Assembly (NCBI RefSeq): GCF_000485595.1
Contig: NW_014577091.1
Coordinates: 23,956 to 68,496 of the forward strand
DNA from: Priapulus caudatus
Lineage: Eukaryota
DNA length: 44,541 nt
Direction of reading: 5' to 3'
The notes below the pieces were generated by a model. It was not told the origin of the DNA. It saw nothing but the letters and a program-made list of their open reading frames with translations, and ran no database searches. Position numbers and translations under genes: made by a program. Within the stretch, counting starts at the first letter, position 1. Every line of letters begins with the position of its first letter. Positions 42,696 to 44,541 of the stretch are shown piece after piece.

Positions 42696-44204
42696 ATATT
42701 GTCGCCTCTTATACTTCTGAGGTGTACGCCCCCGCTTATCTCATCATCGGTCCACGATGCTAATTACGGTTTATTATCTTTTTCCTAACCTTTATTCTCC
42801 TGCGCGCTGTCTATCCTCTTGCTTCCTTATGTTATCAGACGGATAACAGTGCAAACCTGCCGTAAGTAGGAGCAATGTCCGTTCATCCAGGCGTGTAATC
42901 GCCCTTGATTAAACTATTATTATCGCTAAGCAGCACCATTTTCAGACGCATTCTGATTAGAATCGCATGACTCGGTGGCCTACAAGTACGGTAGACCCAC
43001 AAGTGACAGCGACAATTCGCAATTTCCGCTGCAAGTCTGTAAGGGATGCATAGTATCTGCACAGGACGATGTAGGACATATCTTATCGTCAGCATCAACA
43101 CTGACTGCCGCTACTGTGTAACTTTCAATAAACGCGAGTTCCTATTGTGTTCGGTGAGTTGTTGTGTGATGGTAAAATAGAAAGCGTTCCGCCGGTCCTA
43201 TGAGAGCGTCACGATTACTGTGGGCACGCCGTCGCATGCGGTCGCAACACAAGCTAACCGATATAGGCCACACACGTAGTATTAGTGACTGCCATTATGG
43301 ATTATGTTTACTTTGTAGCGGTTATTATAGAATATTTTTATGTCACGTGTAAAAGTGTTTTCGTTTCGACGCGGAGAATATTGAGCCGAGCTAGTATCGT
43401 TTTCGGAAGGTTACGTTGGACGTTGGTAAACGTAGATTTCGTATAATGATATTTATGTATAGCTTTTAGCCTAGACTGGCGCCAAATGTTTCTTTAGCTG
43501 AGCTCCAACAACACGCTGCCTCTCAACGACTTACGGAGTCAGTCTATGTAGCGTCGACATTCTGCATGGATTTTTAGAGCGCCGATGACCCGTTGTTGCC
43601 TAAGCGATTTATCTGCACTAATTATCAAAACAAAATAACTATGGAAATATTAGTTAATTATCTCATATTGAAAAAATATATACGATCAAATACAAACATA
43701 GTAGTAAACCTGATTTACAACAATTGTTTGTTAAAACAATTTGTCAACGATGATTACTCACTATGTACAAACCGCAGTCGGATACAACCAATCGCCAAAT
43801 TGTGGAATTTTTTTTAAAGATGAAAGAGGCTCGAAAGCACGTGTCACTACTTGAAGTAAGCCGATCTGTTCAGCAGACTAACCTTACAATATATGTGTCG
43901 TTATCGGTCAAAAACTAGATTAGCCCATAATTCCGAAATTACTGATCGGAAACGTTTCTGAACACTAAATTGTTCCGTTTCTAGTTCAAATCTGTGTAAA
44001 AACTAACCCTAACTACCCCGCTCTGCTTGGCGCCGAGGTAAACTCCCTTCTTACTACTACTGAACACTCGTCATTTACATCTCGTCATTGTACATGTCAT
44101 GTCTTCACCCGAAAGAATAATGACGGCATCAAACGTTAGCACCTGGCTAAGTTCACGGCCTATATATCCGATAGAAGAGGGATTGTATTTGATAGCATCA
44201 CTAT

Positions 44205-44368
44205 ACGCACGCACGCACGTACGCACGCGCGCACGCACGCGACGCTACACACACACACACACAACACACACACACACATACACACCACATACACACACAG
44301 ACACACACAACACAAACACACACACACACACACACACCACACACACCACACACACACACACACACACT
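44205..44368. repeat. (GCAC)n/(CA)n microsatellite
   Basis: Direct read. Confidence 0.9.
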
Positions 44369-44541
44369 TTAGCGCGCGGCACGTAACGGGCATATATTAT
44401 AGTATATTCCTACCATATTACTATCCTAGTCTAATGTAATATTACAATAACTATATAATTATATATACGAATATAATACTAGCACTAGTAATGTACATTA
44501 CTAATATAATTTATTACACGCTCTATCTATCTTTAATCTCC

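Noticed and set aside
42850..43120. Cys-containing minus-strand exon candidate
   Set aside because: In-frame stops occur before any donor, and no domain pattern is present.

Overview
Repeat-rich animal genomic DNA with spliceosomal introns, microsatellites and MITEs. It is probably an invertebrate, possibly a lophotrochozoan (inference only). The main feature is a minus-strand six-exon gene assembled by hand from GT-AG sites with matching intron phases. Exons are 40094-40166 (or -40226), 38456-38703, 37170-37314, an LDLa exon, 25185-25373 and 24682-24875. It encodes a ~327-aa type I membrane protein: signal peptide, CUB, LDLa, TM, Cys4 cluster and a low-complexity tail, like MIG-13/LRP12/Neto proteins. 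The colinear LDLa exon (~29686-29834) is full of indels, while an intact copy lies out of order at 11776-11910. About 9.4-30 kb is low-quality sequence with 25-N gaps, indel-rich duplicates and scrambled low-complexity tracts, most likely long-read gap filling. Intron 3 holds a phase-compatible candidate alternative terminal exon (35348-35547) encoding a second TM segment. A perfect 21-bp inverted CTCF-like pair brackets the gene. There are also several non-autonomous DNA transposons with target-site duplications (TSDs), a diverged ~0.5-kb tandem array at 5.9-8.4 kb, and a possible first exon and promoter at ~5.5-5.8 kb.
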